Of a stretch of 64,000 bases of DNA, positions 45,101 through 57,360 are shown piece after piece (within the stretch, counting starts at the first letter, position 1; each line of letters starts with the position of its first letter). The notes beneath the pieces are model-generated. The model made no database searches, was not told the origin of the DNA, and saw only the letters and a list, made by a program, of their open reading frames with translations. This DNA is from a virus (taxonomy: Duplodnaviria > Caudoviricetes), in the IMG/VR virus record IMGVR_UViG_3300021400_000949, positions 15,880-79,879 of that record; one strand, written 5' to 3'. Made by a program: the position numbers and the translations under genes.

Positions 45101-48100
45101 GCCTATGCAAAAGCTTCGTTTTTTTCTGCGACAGTATAAGATTTTTCTAATTCTGATAACTAATTTGTTAAATATTCTCTTCGTGCAATAGCAGCAGGGT
45201 CATTATTACTTATATTAGCTAATTTATCTAACTCTTTTTGAGTTTCAAGTATTTGCTCTTTTATTATATCTGTAGTTATTGCTTCTTCTTCGGCTAAATC
45301 TCCATTTAAAGCACGTCTTACTTCTTCAATTGAAACGCCAATTAATTGCCACCCTTCTGCCGTCTATTGAAGATTAGAAATATCAAAACCAGCACCTAAA
45401 ATTCTTTCTACATCTTCTTGAGTTAATGCACCCGAATCAGCTCGTTCAATAAGCTCATTTATACTTTTTATAGAATCTCTTAATGCGTCTCCTCTATTAA
45501 GTACATCACCTAATTTTGTACCATAATTTTCCACGCCTACGGTTGCGGCCTTCCAATATTCTTCAATTTTTTCGGCTTCAACTCCAGCTTCACGCATCAT
45601 TTTTACGATTGAAGTTAAATCATTAATATTATTAGCTTCAAAATTAAGTAAATTTGACCCTAAATTTGGATTCTTTTGTCTAATATCATCCCAAGCTTTG
45701 TAAAATGCTTTAGCTGAACCAATACTCATCTTAGAAGTTTTATCAATAAATGCTTTTGCATCTTTTGTGCCAACTTCATCAAGACTTAAACCAACTCTAC
45801 CTAGTTCTGTCTAAACTTTTTCTACGTTATTTTTATTTTCTTCTATTAACTTATCTATTGCATCTGTATTTTCTTTATAGAATTCTTCACTAATACCAAA
45901 ATCTTTATAATCATCAATTGCATTTCCAAAAATAACTTCTCCAGAAAAAAGACCTTTGGCTTTATTTGATAACTTTCCAAATTCTTCCTAAAACTATTTT
46001 ATTTTTCCCTACATTTCTTCGGGAGTTTGTATATTATCTATAGCTTCTCCAAGAATTTTAGACATAGCTGAGCTAATCTAGTTGGCTTCTTCTTTATTTT
46101 TTATAATATCCGCAGCAAACCATGTAATTAAATTTTTTCGTTCTCTTTCTAGACTTTTTTCAGCTTCAGTAAGGTCTACAGTCTCAGCCCAATTATAATT
46201 CTAAGATTTTACCCATTCTTCGTCTATTTCACCATTTTCTTTTGTCTATATATCGGTAACAGCTTTACCTGATCCATCTATTATCTTAGTATTTTCTCTA
46301 GCATTTTTAACTCTTTTTTGTTCTCTATCTATAGCATCTTTTGCAGCAGTAAACTATTTTTCTTGTAATTTTTTTCTCTATTGTTCCTAAACTTTATTCC
46401 AACTTTCATCAGTTATTGAAATATTGCCTGCGCCATCTACTACTATTTCTAAACCTTCATATTTCTATGTCAATTCAAGAACTGCAGTATTTAACTCTCT
46501 AACGGCTTCTGTCCACTCTCGAGTTCCTTCTGTCAATGATTTAACTTTATTTTCGAGTTCATTATAATTATTTCTATTACTTAATAAATCATCATAAGCC
46601 TACTAAGCTTCACGTGCAGCTTCAGCCGATTTTTTTGCTTTTTCTTCTGCTTTTTTTAAAGCTTTTTCTGAAGAATTGGAAAGAGCATTAAACAAAGTGA
46701 CTAAAGTTGTAATTCCAATAACAATTGCCGTAATTGTTGCCCCTACCGGATTAGCTGCCATAGAGGCGGTTATACTATCAATACCCGCTTTAATAGCAGG
46801 AAACATACTAATTATACCGCCTACACTTGTAATAATTAAACCAAGAGTAGAAATAGTATTACCAAGCTCTTCATTCTGCTAAGAAATTAAACCTCCTACA
46901 GTTGTTAAAGCTATACCGACTCCTGAAATTGCATTACCAACTTTCTAGCTACTTTCTGCCCAAGCTTGCTCTTTATCAATTACTCCCTCTACTGCAATTT
47001 TTTGCTACTCTATATATTTTATAGCTTCTTCTCTCTATCCTTTATTTATTAAAGAAGTAGCATGAGATTTTTGACCTTTAGACAATTTATCATATGCAGC
47101 TTTATACTATTCCTCGGTAACTTGACTATAATCTTTTCCTATATTATTACCATTAAAAAGGTTTGATATATCAGTTTTTAAGCTTTTCCAAAAACCGTTA
47201 TCTTTTGAAGAAATAATTTTATTAATTGACTTCTAAACAATATTTCCAGTACCTTCAATACCTTTACCTATTGCTTTTCCTATAGACTATCCAATTTGTA
47301 AACTATTTTTCTTTATTTTATTTTCAGTATTTGTACCTTTAATGGTTCCAATAATTTTATCTAATAAACCAACCTTCCCATCTTTTCCGCCAAAAATTTT
47401 AGCACCACCACGTAATGCTAAAAAAGCAGAACCAAGACTTAAAATAGACTTTACTAATCCATTATTTCCAGAAACGGCACTAATAATATCATTAATTGTA
47501 CTTAATATACCGGTAAGTATATCTACACCAGTCTTAAGTATCTCATTATTTGCCAATCCCATAACAAACTAATCCCAAGCATTTTTCAACTCAGCTAACT
47601 TAGCTTGCATAGAATCAAGTGTCTTCTCAAATTGCGCCTGACCAGATCCTGCACTATCATAGGCTGCATTAACCAGTTCCATCGTTCTATCATAGTCACT
47701 CATCATAGCCAAGAAACGTGACTGTTGTCTAGAACCGGCGGCCTAAGTAGCGATATATCTTTGTGTCGCAACATCAAGTGTATCCCATTTTTGAGCAAGC
47801 CTTAAGAGTACATCATCAAGCCCTTCAGCACCAACGAAGAACTTCGTCATATCAATACCAACGGTTCTTAAAGCTTCCTAAATTTTATTTACATTAATTG
47901 CTTCGCCTTCTTCATCAGTTCCAAGTATCTATCCTTCACTATATAACTTTTTAACCTCTGAAAAACGAGCAATAATCGTCTTCATTGCAGTACCGGCAGT
48001 TTCTGGAGCCTCTCTCGTTGTTTCAATAATCTATGAGAGGAATGCAGCGGTTGTCTCGAACTCCATATTTGCGGAGTGCGCGATTGATGCCGTCTTAGAA

Positions 48101-49458
48101 ATTGCAATACCGATTTCATCTGTGTCAGCAGCGGTTACAGCAGCAAGCTCTGAGTAAACATCGTTAATCCTTACGGCCGACATTTCATTCAGTTCCATGT
48201 TAAATCCACGGAGTGCTGCCGTCATCAAGTCAGTAGCAAGTGCCGCATCCATATTTGCGACACGCGCCATCTTTATAGTTTCAATACCAAGGGCCATAGC
48301 CTCATTTGTATCAAGACCTTGCTGATAATAAAGTGTCGTAGCTTTATAAAGTGAATTAATTGAAGTACCAAGTTTATTAGCTTCATCAGTATAGCGTGGC
48401 AACTGCTCCCACATGTCACTAATTGAAAAATCAGTAACTGTTGCGGTTTCTGTCATCGTTGCATCAAGTTCTTTAACCGTAGCCATGGCATCGCGCACTG
48501 CACGTTTAAAGAGTTGAATTGTGTTACCAATTGAGAAGAATTGTTTTACTTGTTCACCGAGACGTTCAACTTCTTTTGCTACTTCGTTTAACTCTCTACC
48601 CTAATCTCCACAATCATTGAGTTGTCTAGTTATCTCTTGAATATATTGACCACGACTAAGATTTTCACTTTCATCTTTTACTGCGCCCATGGCAACAGCA
48701 ACTTTTTTTATTTCTTCATCAGAAAGATTATCAATATATTTCTAAATATTGTCAAGATTAGTAGGAATTTCCCTTAAGCTTGAAGCACCACTAAATTCTT
48801 TTAATGATTCACGTAGTCTCTAAAGACCTTCAGGTTTAATTTTATTTAAATCCGTGATTTTTTTATTTACTTCTTCTTGTTCACTTTCTAACTTTTTTAA
48901 TTCATTAGTATATCGTATAACCTAATCTTGTTGGCTCTATGTAAGTCCTTTACCTGTTTTCTACCTATTATCTTCTATATCTTTTAAAGTCTATAATTCA
49001 TTCTTTACATCATTTATTCTTTTATTGTAATCATCATATTGCTTAGTTAAATCCAGTTTTTGCCTAGACAAATTTTCCTAACTTTGCCTAACCTATTTTA
49101 ACTAATCATTAAAAGATTTAAGTTTATTAACCGTATCATTAGGTAAAAACTTACTTAAATCCATTCCCGCAATAGTTTTACCCTAAACTTGCAGTTCATT
49201 TAATAAATCATTAATTTTTTCAAACGACTTTTCTGCCTTTTGAATATCTTTCATATCTGTAAAAGGCTTGCTTGTCATTGAAGCAAAATTATTTAATTCT
49301 TTCTCTAAATCACCAAAAGTCTTATCTAATCCTTTCTTAATTCCTTCGGTTAAATTAACCCTAGAAAAAGCCTATTGTAAAGATTTGGCGGCAGACTACG
49401 CCTATGATATATTCGCGCCAACATCAATTGTTAGATTAAAAACTTCTTTTCTTGGCAT
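42151..49458 (-). CDS. Tape measure protein, about 2435 aa (dozens of TAG read as Gln)
   Basis: All track fragments in one frame; ELDATMTETATVT, LMTAALRGF, ETAGTAMKTIIARF core motifs; C-terminal YKTGG..LDGT..HPELVLNA. Confidence 0.88.
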
Positions 49459-49476
49459 TACTTTTTCCTCCAAAAT

Positions 49477-49508
49477 AAAAAATCAGCATTAATTAAAATT
49501 AATGCTGA
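49477..49508 (-). terminator. Intrinsic terminator upstream of the tape measure
   Basis: TCAGCATTAATT-aa-AATTAATGCTGA with T run on minus strand. Confidence 0.6.
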
Positions 49509-49514
49509 CTCTTT

Positions 49515-50306
49515 TTACATATCACTATCTATATCATCATTAAGAGAATATAATTCACAAACGTAATCATTCCCTCGTCTCCCAACCGGTACGCCTACCG
49601 CCCTAAAACTTGCAACTGCGGGATCCACTTGACGCCCAAGTCTTATAGATAAATCAGACATTAATTTTAACTTTGGTATTTTTATAATACCAGTTACTAC
49701 TTGTCCATTTGTATCTTCCTTTAATCTCGTCTTTCCTTCAAGTGATAAAAAACCTTTAAAAAGTCTATTTCCTACTTTTATTACACTGCCGCCCTATACA
49801 TATTCATATTCATAAGTAACATAAACTTCTGTATATGGCGTGCTTATGGTTATTATATCACCATCTATCTCAAACTCAAGTTTTTCCCCAGTCTCCTTAT
49901 TATATAAAAAAGGTTCTCCTACCGGTGTGTGCTTTAGTTTTATTTCTCCATTTTCATCACTTTCAAGATATTCACGTTGTGTAATTTTAACACTACTATT
50001 ATCTTGTTCTAAATTAATTAATTTTGAATTACTCATTATGGCTAAATGTTCTAATGAAAATACGCCTTGTGTAAAGTTTAAAGCGATTTCTTTTGTTGTT
50101 TCCCAAAACACCAAATCCCTATCATCAAAACCGCCATGTGCAGTAACTCTGTCTTTTTGCTCTTGGAAACCGGACATAAGTATATTATCAAAAGCCAAGA
50201 TTACTTCGCCAGTTTGAATTGTACGATTTCCCATCTCTATAGGATAAGTAGCTTTTAGCACAACATCGTACAGTTCTTTTGCACCCATTAAAACATTTTG
50301 ATCCAT
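49515..50306 (-). CDS. Tail-tube paralog (1 TAG read as Gln)
   Basis: Aligns by eye with the major tail protein (GAKELYDV vs GIKEVADV; AHGG..LVFWETTKEI vs ARGG..LITWDYGKEI; IPKLKLMSDL vs IPKAKVTSEV). Confidence 0.65.
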
Positions 50307-50323
50307 AGTTAAAACCTCTTAAT

Positions 50324-50354
50324 AAAAAAGAGCGGAGACCAACCTCCGCCCTTT
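50324..50354 (-). terminator. Intrinsic terminator after the major tail protein
   Basis: Minus strand AAAGGGCGGAGG-ttgg-TCTCCGCTC-T6. Confidence 0.75.
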
Positions 50355-50366
50355 AATTTTTACTTA

Positions 50367-51116
50367 TTAGCCGTTTGCTGCAAGAGCATACTGAACAAGC
50401 TTCATCATCTGACCGTCAGCAGGTCTAAGAACTCTAAGGTTCATAGAGAATGTTGAAGGATCTCCTTCAGCTTCCATTGTAAGTGTTACTTCAGATGTAA
50501 CCTTTGCCTTTGGAATTATGAACTGGAAGAATTCATCCTTACCATCAGCCTCACGTCTAGCATATGTATCGCCTGTAATATAATATGTTCCAGGGAATGT
50601 AGCAGAAGAAACTTCAATTACCTTTGTGTCTTTTGTGTTAACAAGGAATGTTACATAAGCCCAAGTTGTTGTTGACTCAACAACTGATCCTTCCTGGTCA
50701 TAATATGTAGCACTTGTAGGAATTGTAACTTCAGCACCATTTATTGTTGTCTTTCCATCTGTTGTTACCTGAGCAGCAGGAACTGTCTTATAAATAGAAG
50801 CGGAAGAGCCAACAACAGTCTTACCATCTGGGTCAAGTGAACCAAACATGATAGCCATTGACTTAGCTGAGAACAGAGCGTCTTCAAGTGTAACTGTGAT
50901 TTCCTTACCATAGTCCCAAGTAATAAGCTCTGGGTTACCCTTACCACCACGAGCGGAAACGTTCTCTGCAGTTGTCTCGATAGTAGAAACTTTTAATGTT
51001 TCAAGATACAGAACAGGTGCGCCCATTGTTGACATACCCTTATCATCAACTACGATGTCATAGAATGTAACGTCAGCGACCTCTTTTATACCATATCTGT
51101 CAAGTATATTTGCCAT
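50367..51116 (-). CDS. Major tail tube protein
   Basis: 249 aa, strong codon bias, position upstream of the tape measure, no TAG. Confidence 0.75.
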   Translation of the reverse strand: MANILDRYGIKEVADVTFYDIVVDDKGMSTMGAPVLYLETLKVSTIETTAENVSARGGKGNPELITWDYGKEITVTLEDALFSAKSMAIMFGSLDPDGKTVVGSSASIYKTVPAAQVTTDGKTTINGAEVTIPTSATYYDQEGSVVESTTTWAYVTFLVNTKDTKVIEVSSATFPGTYYITGDTYARREADGKDEFFQFIIPKAKVTSEVTLTMEAEGDPSTFSMNLRVLRPADGQMMKLVQYALAANG

Positions 51117-51132
51117 TATAGTAATAGCCTCC

Positions 51133-51882
51133 TTAATCTTTATCTTCTCTAATCCAATATTTTAATTTTACATCACTTGCTTTTGCGCCGGCCAGTAAAC
51201 TATCAATATCAATCTAATACTTTTCCTTATCTTGATACATTCTAGTTAAATACCCAATCGCGCAATAACTAATCTCTCTGATATTAAGTGGATTAATCCC
51301 AATTCCCATACAACAAATTGCTGTTAAACTCGTTCCTAAAGTTATACCATCCTGTTTAGCTTTAACTCTATCTCTATATCTAGCCTTAGCTTTCATTTTC
51401 TTAACTTTAGGATGCTCATTAGGAACTGGCGGCTTTGCATCCTTTTCTCCAATGGCGGCGCGCAACAAGTTCTAAAACTCAAAAAAGTCTTCTTCAGTTA
51501 AAATTCTTAAATCTTCTACATTTTTAATCAAATTTAAATTTTCCTTTAAATCCCCAATAATTATCTTTTTTTCCTAAAACAAAAAAGTAACCGGTTCATG
51601 TATGAAAAAATAAAAAGAATCAATAACTAATTGCCGCGTCTCGCCACCCTAATATGCAAGAGACATTACATAATCGAAAGGAGAGGGGACATAAGTATCT
51701 TTTGTTATATCCCCTTCCTTTTCTATTATCCTATCTTCTATATCTTCATTAGAAATCATTAAAATTGAGCGATAAATAGAAAATTTTGAATTTCCAATAA
51801 CCTCTTTAACTGTTGGCGGGTAAACATAACAAATTCCTTTATAGTCTTCTGGGAAGCCTATAAAAAATTTAGCATTAATCAT
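51133..51882 (-). CDS. Hypothetical tail assembly protein (TAG read as Gln)
   Basis: Joins track ORFs 51649..51882 and 51214..51468; ends DIDSLLAGA..YW. Confidence 0.6.
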
Positions 51883-52366
51883 AAGTTACCACACTAAAAA
51901 TCATTTCATAACAAGAAATTTCAGTAGTTAAAAAGTTTATATCAAATCCATTACATTCCATTTTTCCTAAACCATTAATTGTCTTTCCATCTAAGCATTT
52001 TTCAATTTCGCTCATAATTAAAAAAGGTCTTAAACTTACATCTTTTATCATCCACTAAGTGAGCGGCACAAAAACTTCAAAGTTAATAGTAATATTATTA
52101 AATTCACTATTTGCACTAGTTTTTCTACCTCTAACAACTCTAAAAGATATAATTGAATTAGCGGTTTCTTTTGGGTCAAGCTTTGGAACAATTTTTATTA
52201 ATTTATTAAATACTTCATTACTTATTTGTTCTTTTGACAAATCCGGCTTATTAAGGGGGTCCTTATCATTATAATATAATAACTTTAATAAATTCTAATT
52301 TGCAGTTAAACGCTTTACAATAGTCTGCAAATTCTCTCCCATTTCCTACAACTTTCTAACAGCCAT
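51875..52366 (-). CDS. Putative tail terminator/neck protein (TAG read as Gln)
   Basis: Open with TAG=Gln; overlaps neighbours; FEVFVP..W..LRPF pattern. Confidence 0.55.
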
Positions 52367-53088
52367 TATTCAGCACCTCCTGTAAGCCAGAAGAATTCAT
52401 CATCTGAATCTCCCTCTTCCTTCTTCGGCGCGGGCGTCAAGTCATATTCATAAATAGGATCGACGCTGACATATTCAACACCTTCTGTTGATTGAATATC
52501 ATAACCAGTAACTACATATTGTTCCTATAGGTCACCCTCACCTATAATTATATAGTCTTCTTTCTTTATCTTACCATTAGTTGGCATAAGCAAGAAACTC
52601 AGTTTTAGATTTTCTGCATATATTGTATCCATACGGCTTCTTGAACGTATTTCATCTTTTAACATATTATCTTCCTGACCATACATATATGCCCAAGATG
52701 ACTATGTAGAACCGTCGCGCGCCGTCCACGTAATATAATGCGTCATTCTAACAACAACATATCTATTATAACCACTGGCTTTAATATTTTCTAAATAATA
52801 AACCATCCATGGCTATTCTATCATATCCTTATCTGGAATCATTAAAATGGTTCCACCAGGAATGTTAACGTCTGTTTTAGTAAGTAAATATTGTAATGTC
52901 TGGGTTTCATCCTACTTATATTTTTCCAAAGAGCCAGCAATCATTTCTTCCTCATACTAAAAATCAACTCTATAAATTGTCTTTAATAAATAAAGGTCAA
53001 ATAAACGTTCTCTTTCTCTTTGTACGCGTTCCTAATAGTCGTTTCCGTATCTATTAACTCTTTTTTTATAAATATCAAAATAACTCAT
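52366..53088 (-). CDS. Putative head-closure/neck protein (TAG read as Gln); absent from track
   Basis: MSYFDIYKKRVNRYG... open to TAA at 52366 only when TAG=Gln. Confidence 0.6.
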
Positions 53089-53341
53089 TAGTTTTACCTA
53101 ACAAATTCATACAATCAAAGATTGTACTTCTAAAGTATTCATATTTTAAATACCTTAAAGAACTTAGCTTGTAATAAAGAATATAATAGTCGATGGTTTT
53201 TTGAGAATCTTCATATCCATACAATTCTATTAAAATTGCATCTAAAAATTTCTCCCAATCCCTATTTTTTTCTCTTTCACACAACAATCCAAATAGCTTA
53301 TTTTTTAGCTTGTTTATATAGCCCTCTTCAGCACCCTTCAT
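53075..53341 (-). CDS. Hypothetical protein (head-tail region)
   Basis: 88 aa, overlaps neighbours. Confidence 0.55.
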   Translation of the reverse strand: MKGAEEGYINKLKNKLFGLLCEREKNRDWEKFLDAILIELYGYEDSQKTIDYYILYYKLSSLRYLKYEYFRSTIFDCMNLLGKTNELF

Positions 53342-53766
53342 TCGTTATTTGCCAATTTGGTATAGTCAAAAGGCGCTCCTTTAATAGATCTATAGTAAAT
53401 TCTTTCCAACTTTAGTGCATTATATTTCTCCGCTTCTAAAGTTTCATTGAATTTACTAAGCAGATTAGCTTGAGAGAAATCTCTTTCTTCATAAAGCGGC
53501 TTTATATTCTCCCAAGTAAGAATGGTTCTATTTAACCACTCACATTTCATATAACAAGCTAAAATTTGGATTTCTATATTATCTAAGTCTTCTACGAATC
53601 CTTCTTCAGTATAATCTAAGCTTTTTCTTGGAAACTTAAACCATGGAATCGCGCCCTATAATAAGTTGAATAAGTCTTCTTTTACTTCTTCTTCATCCCA
53701 TTCAACCCATTCATCTTCTAACATTTTTACCAAAAAAGCATCATATACTTTTTGGAACGAGGTCAT
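53338..53766 (-). CDS. Putative head-tail adaptor (TAG read as Gln)
   Basis: MTSFQKVYDAFL..AIPWFKFPR..ILACYMKCEWL. Confidence 0.6.
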
Positions 53767-53768
53767 AA

Positions 53769-54248
53769 TTATACCTCCTTATTCTGTCTGTTTAATTCAA
53801 TCATTCTAACAATATTTAAGCCAGTTGCTTCCTTTAAAAGTTCACACTTTTCAAGATTAATTATCTCATTTTCAACAGCATAATCGACCATATTTTTCTT
53901 CTGTTCTATTGAAAGATTAGCTAACTTTTCCTTAAACTCATGAAGCGGCAACACAGTTAAATATCTCTTCATTTCTGCGTCACTAAGTACAATTATATTC
54001 TCTGGCTCTGTAGCATCTTCAGGTTCAAGACCTAACTCCTTTTTAACTTCCATGTCTTCAATATAAAGCATACCAGTTCTAAACATATATTCTGTACCCG
54101 GATCGAACATTATATTCTCTAAAAGTTCCTTATCAATAGCAACTTTTTGCCCTTTCTTTGTCCAATCCTTCCTAAAACCGTACTCTGGTAAACTGATACC
54201 AACAGTTCCATTAACTGTACTTACCACATAAACTTTCTTATTATCCAT
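53769..54248 (-). CDS. Hypothetical protein downstream of the capsid gene
   Basis: 159 aa, SD AAAGGAG, no TAG. Confidence 0.6.
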   Translation of the reverse strand: MDNKKVYVVSTVNGTVGISLPEYGFRKDWTKKGQKVAIDKELLENIMFDPGTEYMFRTGMLYIEDMEVKKELGLEPEDATEPENIIVLSDAEMKRYLTVLPLHEFKEKLANLSIEQKKNMVDYAVENEIINLEKCELLKEATGLNIVRMIELNRQNKEV

Positions 54249-54285
54249 TATAAATTTCTCCTTTTAACTCATTTTTTTTAGTTTT

Positions 54286-54322
54286 AAAAAAATAGAGGAA
54301 GGAAGAAAAACCTTCCTTCCTC
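54286..54322 (-). terminator. Intrinsic terminator after the major capsid gene
   Basis: GAGGAAGGAAG-aaaaac-CTTCCTTCCTC with T run on minus strand. Confidence 0.75.
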
Positions 54323-54350
54323 ACAATTAATCAATCATACACCGTAAGGA

Positions 54351-55400
54351 TTAACCATTATATGTCTGAGTGATACCAGTATTCTGATAAATACCCCAGT
54401 TATAATGTGTCAATATAGCGCATCCCATCTTCTTATAAGCATGAATTTCCATAGAATTATCTCTATTTGTGAAGTCATGAATCTGTGTAGCGCCTTCAAG
54501 AACAACCTTAACAACCTTCTCCTTTCCAGCAGGCAGAACATATGCAAGCTGAGGATCGATCTCTGTTGCTGTATTGGTCTCATCAACGAAAGACTGTGGA
54601 ATCTGAACAATAGGTGTTCCACGGAAGATATTGATGTATCCAGTATTATGTATAGCATCAATGTCCTGAGGAGCATAAACTCCAACTGCAGGATAGGATG
54701 ATCCATATGTTCCAACTGGAACTATAGCATCAGGTCCCATAGCTGCTACGAATTCAGGCGGAGCAAATATTACTGCGCTTGATCCATATGCTCTAGCGAT
54801 ATTAACAAGCTTAAGCATATCAGCAGGAACGAATGTATTCTTTGAAATGAGGTTTGTAGCAGGTCTAGCTGTAGCAGTAACAGCAGCCTTAAGTGCCTTC
54901 TGAACTTCACCAAATACAGCATCTGTAAGTCCTTCTGTAATTATATCCATAATCTCTGCCATGTCTTCAGCGCCATCAAGGAATCTCTCGAAATCAATTG
55001 TAGCTGCGCCGCCTACTGCATGAGCAGAAACTTCAAATGTATCCTTATCAAGTCTGAATGTCTCATAAACTCCGGAAAGTCCAACCTGTGTAAGGAACTT
55101 CTTAGCTCTGAGTTTACCAGCAGTCTTTCTAAACATAGCCTTCTCGCCCTGTCCAACAACCTGAACGTCTGCGAACATTCCAAGAGCGTTTATAACCTTA
55201 TTAGGAACGACTTCATCAGCTGTAGTAATTATAATATCATAAATATCATAACGATTTCTCATGAATTCGTTAACGCTAGAAGCAAGGTTCTTCATCTCTT
55301 CACGAAGAGCAACATTAACATTTTCATTGGAATAGTTAGCAGGAGCAGTTCCTCTAGCAGCATGAAGAGCTAATTCTTTAATCTCTTTAATTGTAGCCAT
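54351..55400 (-). CDS. Major capsid protein
   Basis: 349 aa, strongest codon bias, follows protease/scaffold and decoration genes, no TAG. Confidence 0.85.
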   Translation of the reverse strand: MATIKEIKELALHAARGTAPANYSNENVNVALREEMKNLASSVNEFMRNRYDIYDIIITTADEVVPNKVINALGMFADVQVVGQGEKAMFRKTAGKLRAKKFLTQVGLSGVYETFRLDKDTFEVSAHAVGGAATIDFERFLDGAEDMAEIMDIITEGLTDAVFGEVQKALKAAVTATARPATNLISKNTFVPADMLKLVNIARAYGSSAVIFAPPEFVAAMGPDAIVPVGTYGSSYPAVGVYAPQDIDAIHNTGYINIFRGTPIVQIPQSFVDETNTATEIDPQLAYVLPAGKEKVVKVVLEGATQIHDFTNRDNSMEIHAYKKMGCAILTHYNWGIYQNTGITQTYNG

Positions 55401-55425
55401 TTTTAATTAACCTCCTTCGAAAATG

Positions 55426-55971
55426 TTAGGCAACCAGTACTCTAAACTGAATTGCATACTGACCATCAGGCATTGTGAAAGGCTTAACAACTTCAAGTGT
55501 AAGTCCTGCCTGTGGCTTTGTTGCGGTTACCATTATTGAACCGTCTGTTGAATATGTTCCATAAACCTTTGTGGTCTTAACTGCGGCGATAGCAGCCTTG
55601 AAAGCTGTTTCATTTGCATACTCAGAAGTATCATAGCTTACGCAGTTTGTTGTAAAAAGATCACCAACAGCGAGATAACCCATTCTTGGATAAAAATCAT
55701 TTACTGTAAGCTTGAAATTCTTAAGACCAATTCTCTCATCATAAATGTGCTCTGCACTATAGTTGATTGCTATAGGAAGTGTTTCGTTAGCAACAGGAAG
55801 CTTAACTATTCCATTTACCTTATCTACTGCAAGAAGCATTCCATTCTCTGCAGGGATAGAAGCAAATCCTACTGGATCAAGCTTGCACTGAGCTTCAACA
55901 CGGCCATCTCTACGAAAAGCCGCATTATTAAGTTCTAACTGACCAAAACCGTCAATTACTAATCTAGCCAT
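55426..55971 (-). CDS. Capsid decoration / stabilising protein
   Basis: AENGMLL.VD..G motif, between scaffold and capsid, no TAG. Confidence 0.65.
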   Translation of the reverse strand: MARLVIDGFGQLELNNAAFRRDGRVEAQCKLDPVGFASIPAENGMLLAVDKVNGIVKLPVANETLPIAINYSAEHIYDERIGLKNFKLTVNDFYPRMGYLAVGDLFTTNCVSYDTSEYANETAFKAAIAAVKTTKVYGTYSTDGSIMVTATKPQAGLTLEVVKPFTMPDGQYAIQFRVLVA

Positions 55972-55989
55972 TGTAGCATATCCTCCAAA

Positions 55990-57360
55990 TTATTTTTTAT
56001 ACTTATCTAAAATACTCTCTATGCCATCTTTCAGGACGTTGTCCTTTGGAACGAACATAGGCTTATTGGTGAAAACTTCAGAATGATTTTTCTTCAATTC
56101 ATAAGCAAGTTCCTTATCAAGTTCTGTTGCATTATACTGCTCAAGTTTTTCCTCTGTATAAGATTCGAGAACTTCAGATGGTAAAAGTTCAGAATATGAA
56201 TCAAGAACCTGTTCTTTTTCTTGTTTTTCAATTTCTTTCTTATATGCAGTCAAAGAATTAACTTCTTCTGTAAGAGCGTCAATCTTTTCTTGTGCAATAG
56301 AAAAATTCTGCGCGTTTTCATCTCTTTCTGTAGTTAAAGTAGAAATATTGTTATTCAGCTCTTCAATTTTTGCGCTAAACTCTTCATTTTCTGCTTTTAA
56401 TGTATCTATATTTTCAAATTTTTCATTTATATTAGCATATGTGCCATTGTTATATTCCTTCAGCATCTGAAGTGCTTCATATTCTTCTTTTGGCATATCA
56501 ATTATGTAGCACTCTTTGCGGTCGGTTATTGTTATAACATTAGCCTCATCATCTTTTGTGTAATAAACACGCTCATAACTTCCTGTTTCGTAATTGAAAG
56601 CTAAAGCATACTCTTCATAAATATCCTGAATTCCATAAGTAATTGCCCACTCATTTTCTTCATTATATTTATCATTTAAAAGCATCCATAAAGCATCAAA
56701 TTTTTCTCTATCAGAAAGTCTAAAATTCAAACTAGCCATGTTTGACTTTCCCCCTTCTTCACGGAATTCTACTGTATATTTTTCAATTTGTTCAACCATT
56801 TCTTTTAATTTGTTATATAAAGTAAAGAAAGCCGCACCTTCAAAACAAGGTTCCGTTTCATCACCAAGTATTTGTAATCCCAAGAAACAGCCGTCTTCAA
56901 ATTTAAAATACTTTTGTCCATCTATATATTCCCACTAACCTTTTATAGAAGGCGCATAAAGTTCCATTGACTAAGATTTATTACTAATCTATGCGGCCTC
57001 TTTATAGATTGCGGTAAAGATATAAACGTCGCAACAAGCATATACTCTTTGTATTCCATCTTCATCTAAATGAGTTTCCCATGCGAAATTTGGATTTTCT
57101 GGAACTATTCCATAAATTCTACCCAAGTCGCGCTCTGTACCATGATCGGTATAGTCTTGAGATTCCTCATCGTAAATGCCCTTAACTGGAGTATATGGCA
57201 AAGTACTAATTAATTTTTCAGCAAATTCGTCTGAAATATAGCTACCATTTCTATTACCATATTTATAAAAAATGCGGCATCTACCTTTTGATAACACAGG
57301 AGAAAGCTTTTCTAATTCACCGTAAAGGTTTACGGAGAACTGTGAATAATTACTATTCAT
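55990..57360 (-). CDS. Prohead protease-scaffold fusion (3 TAG read as Gln)
   Basis: N-terminal protease-like TLPYTPVKG..DHG..GIVP..KS-TAG-SMEL..LGD..EPCFEGA; acidic coiled-coil C-terminus. Confidence 0.8.
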
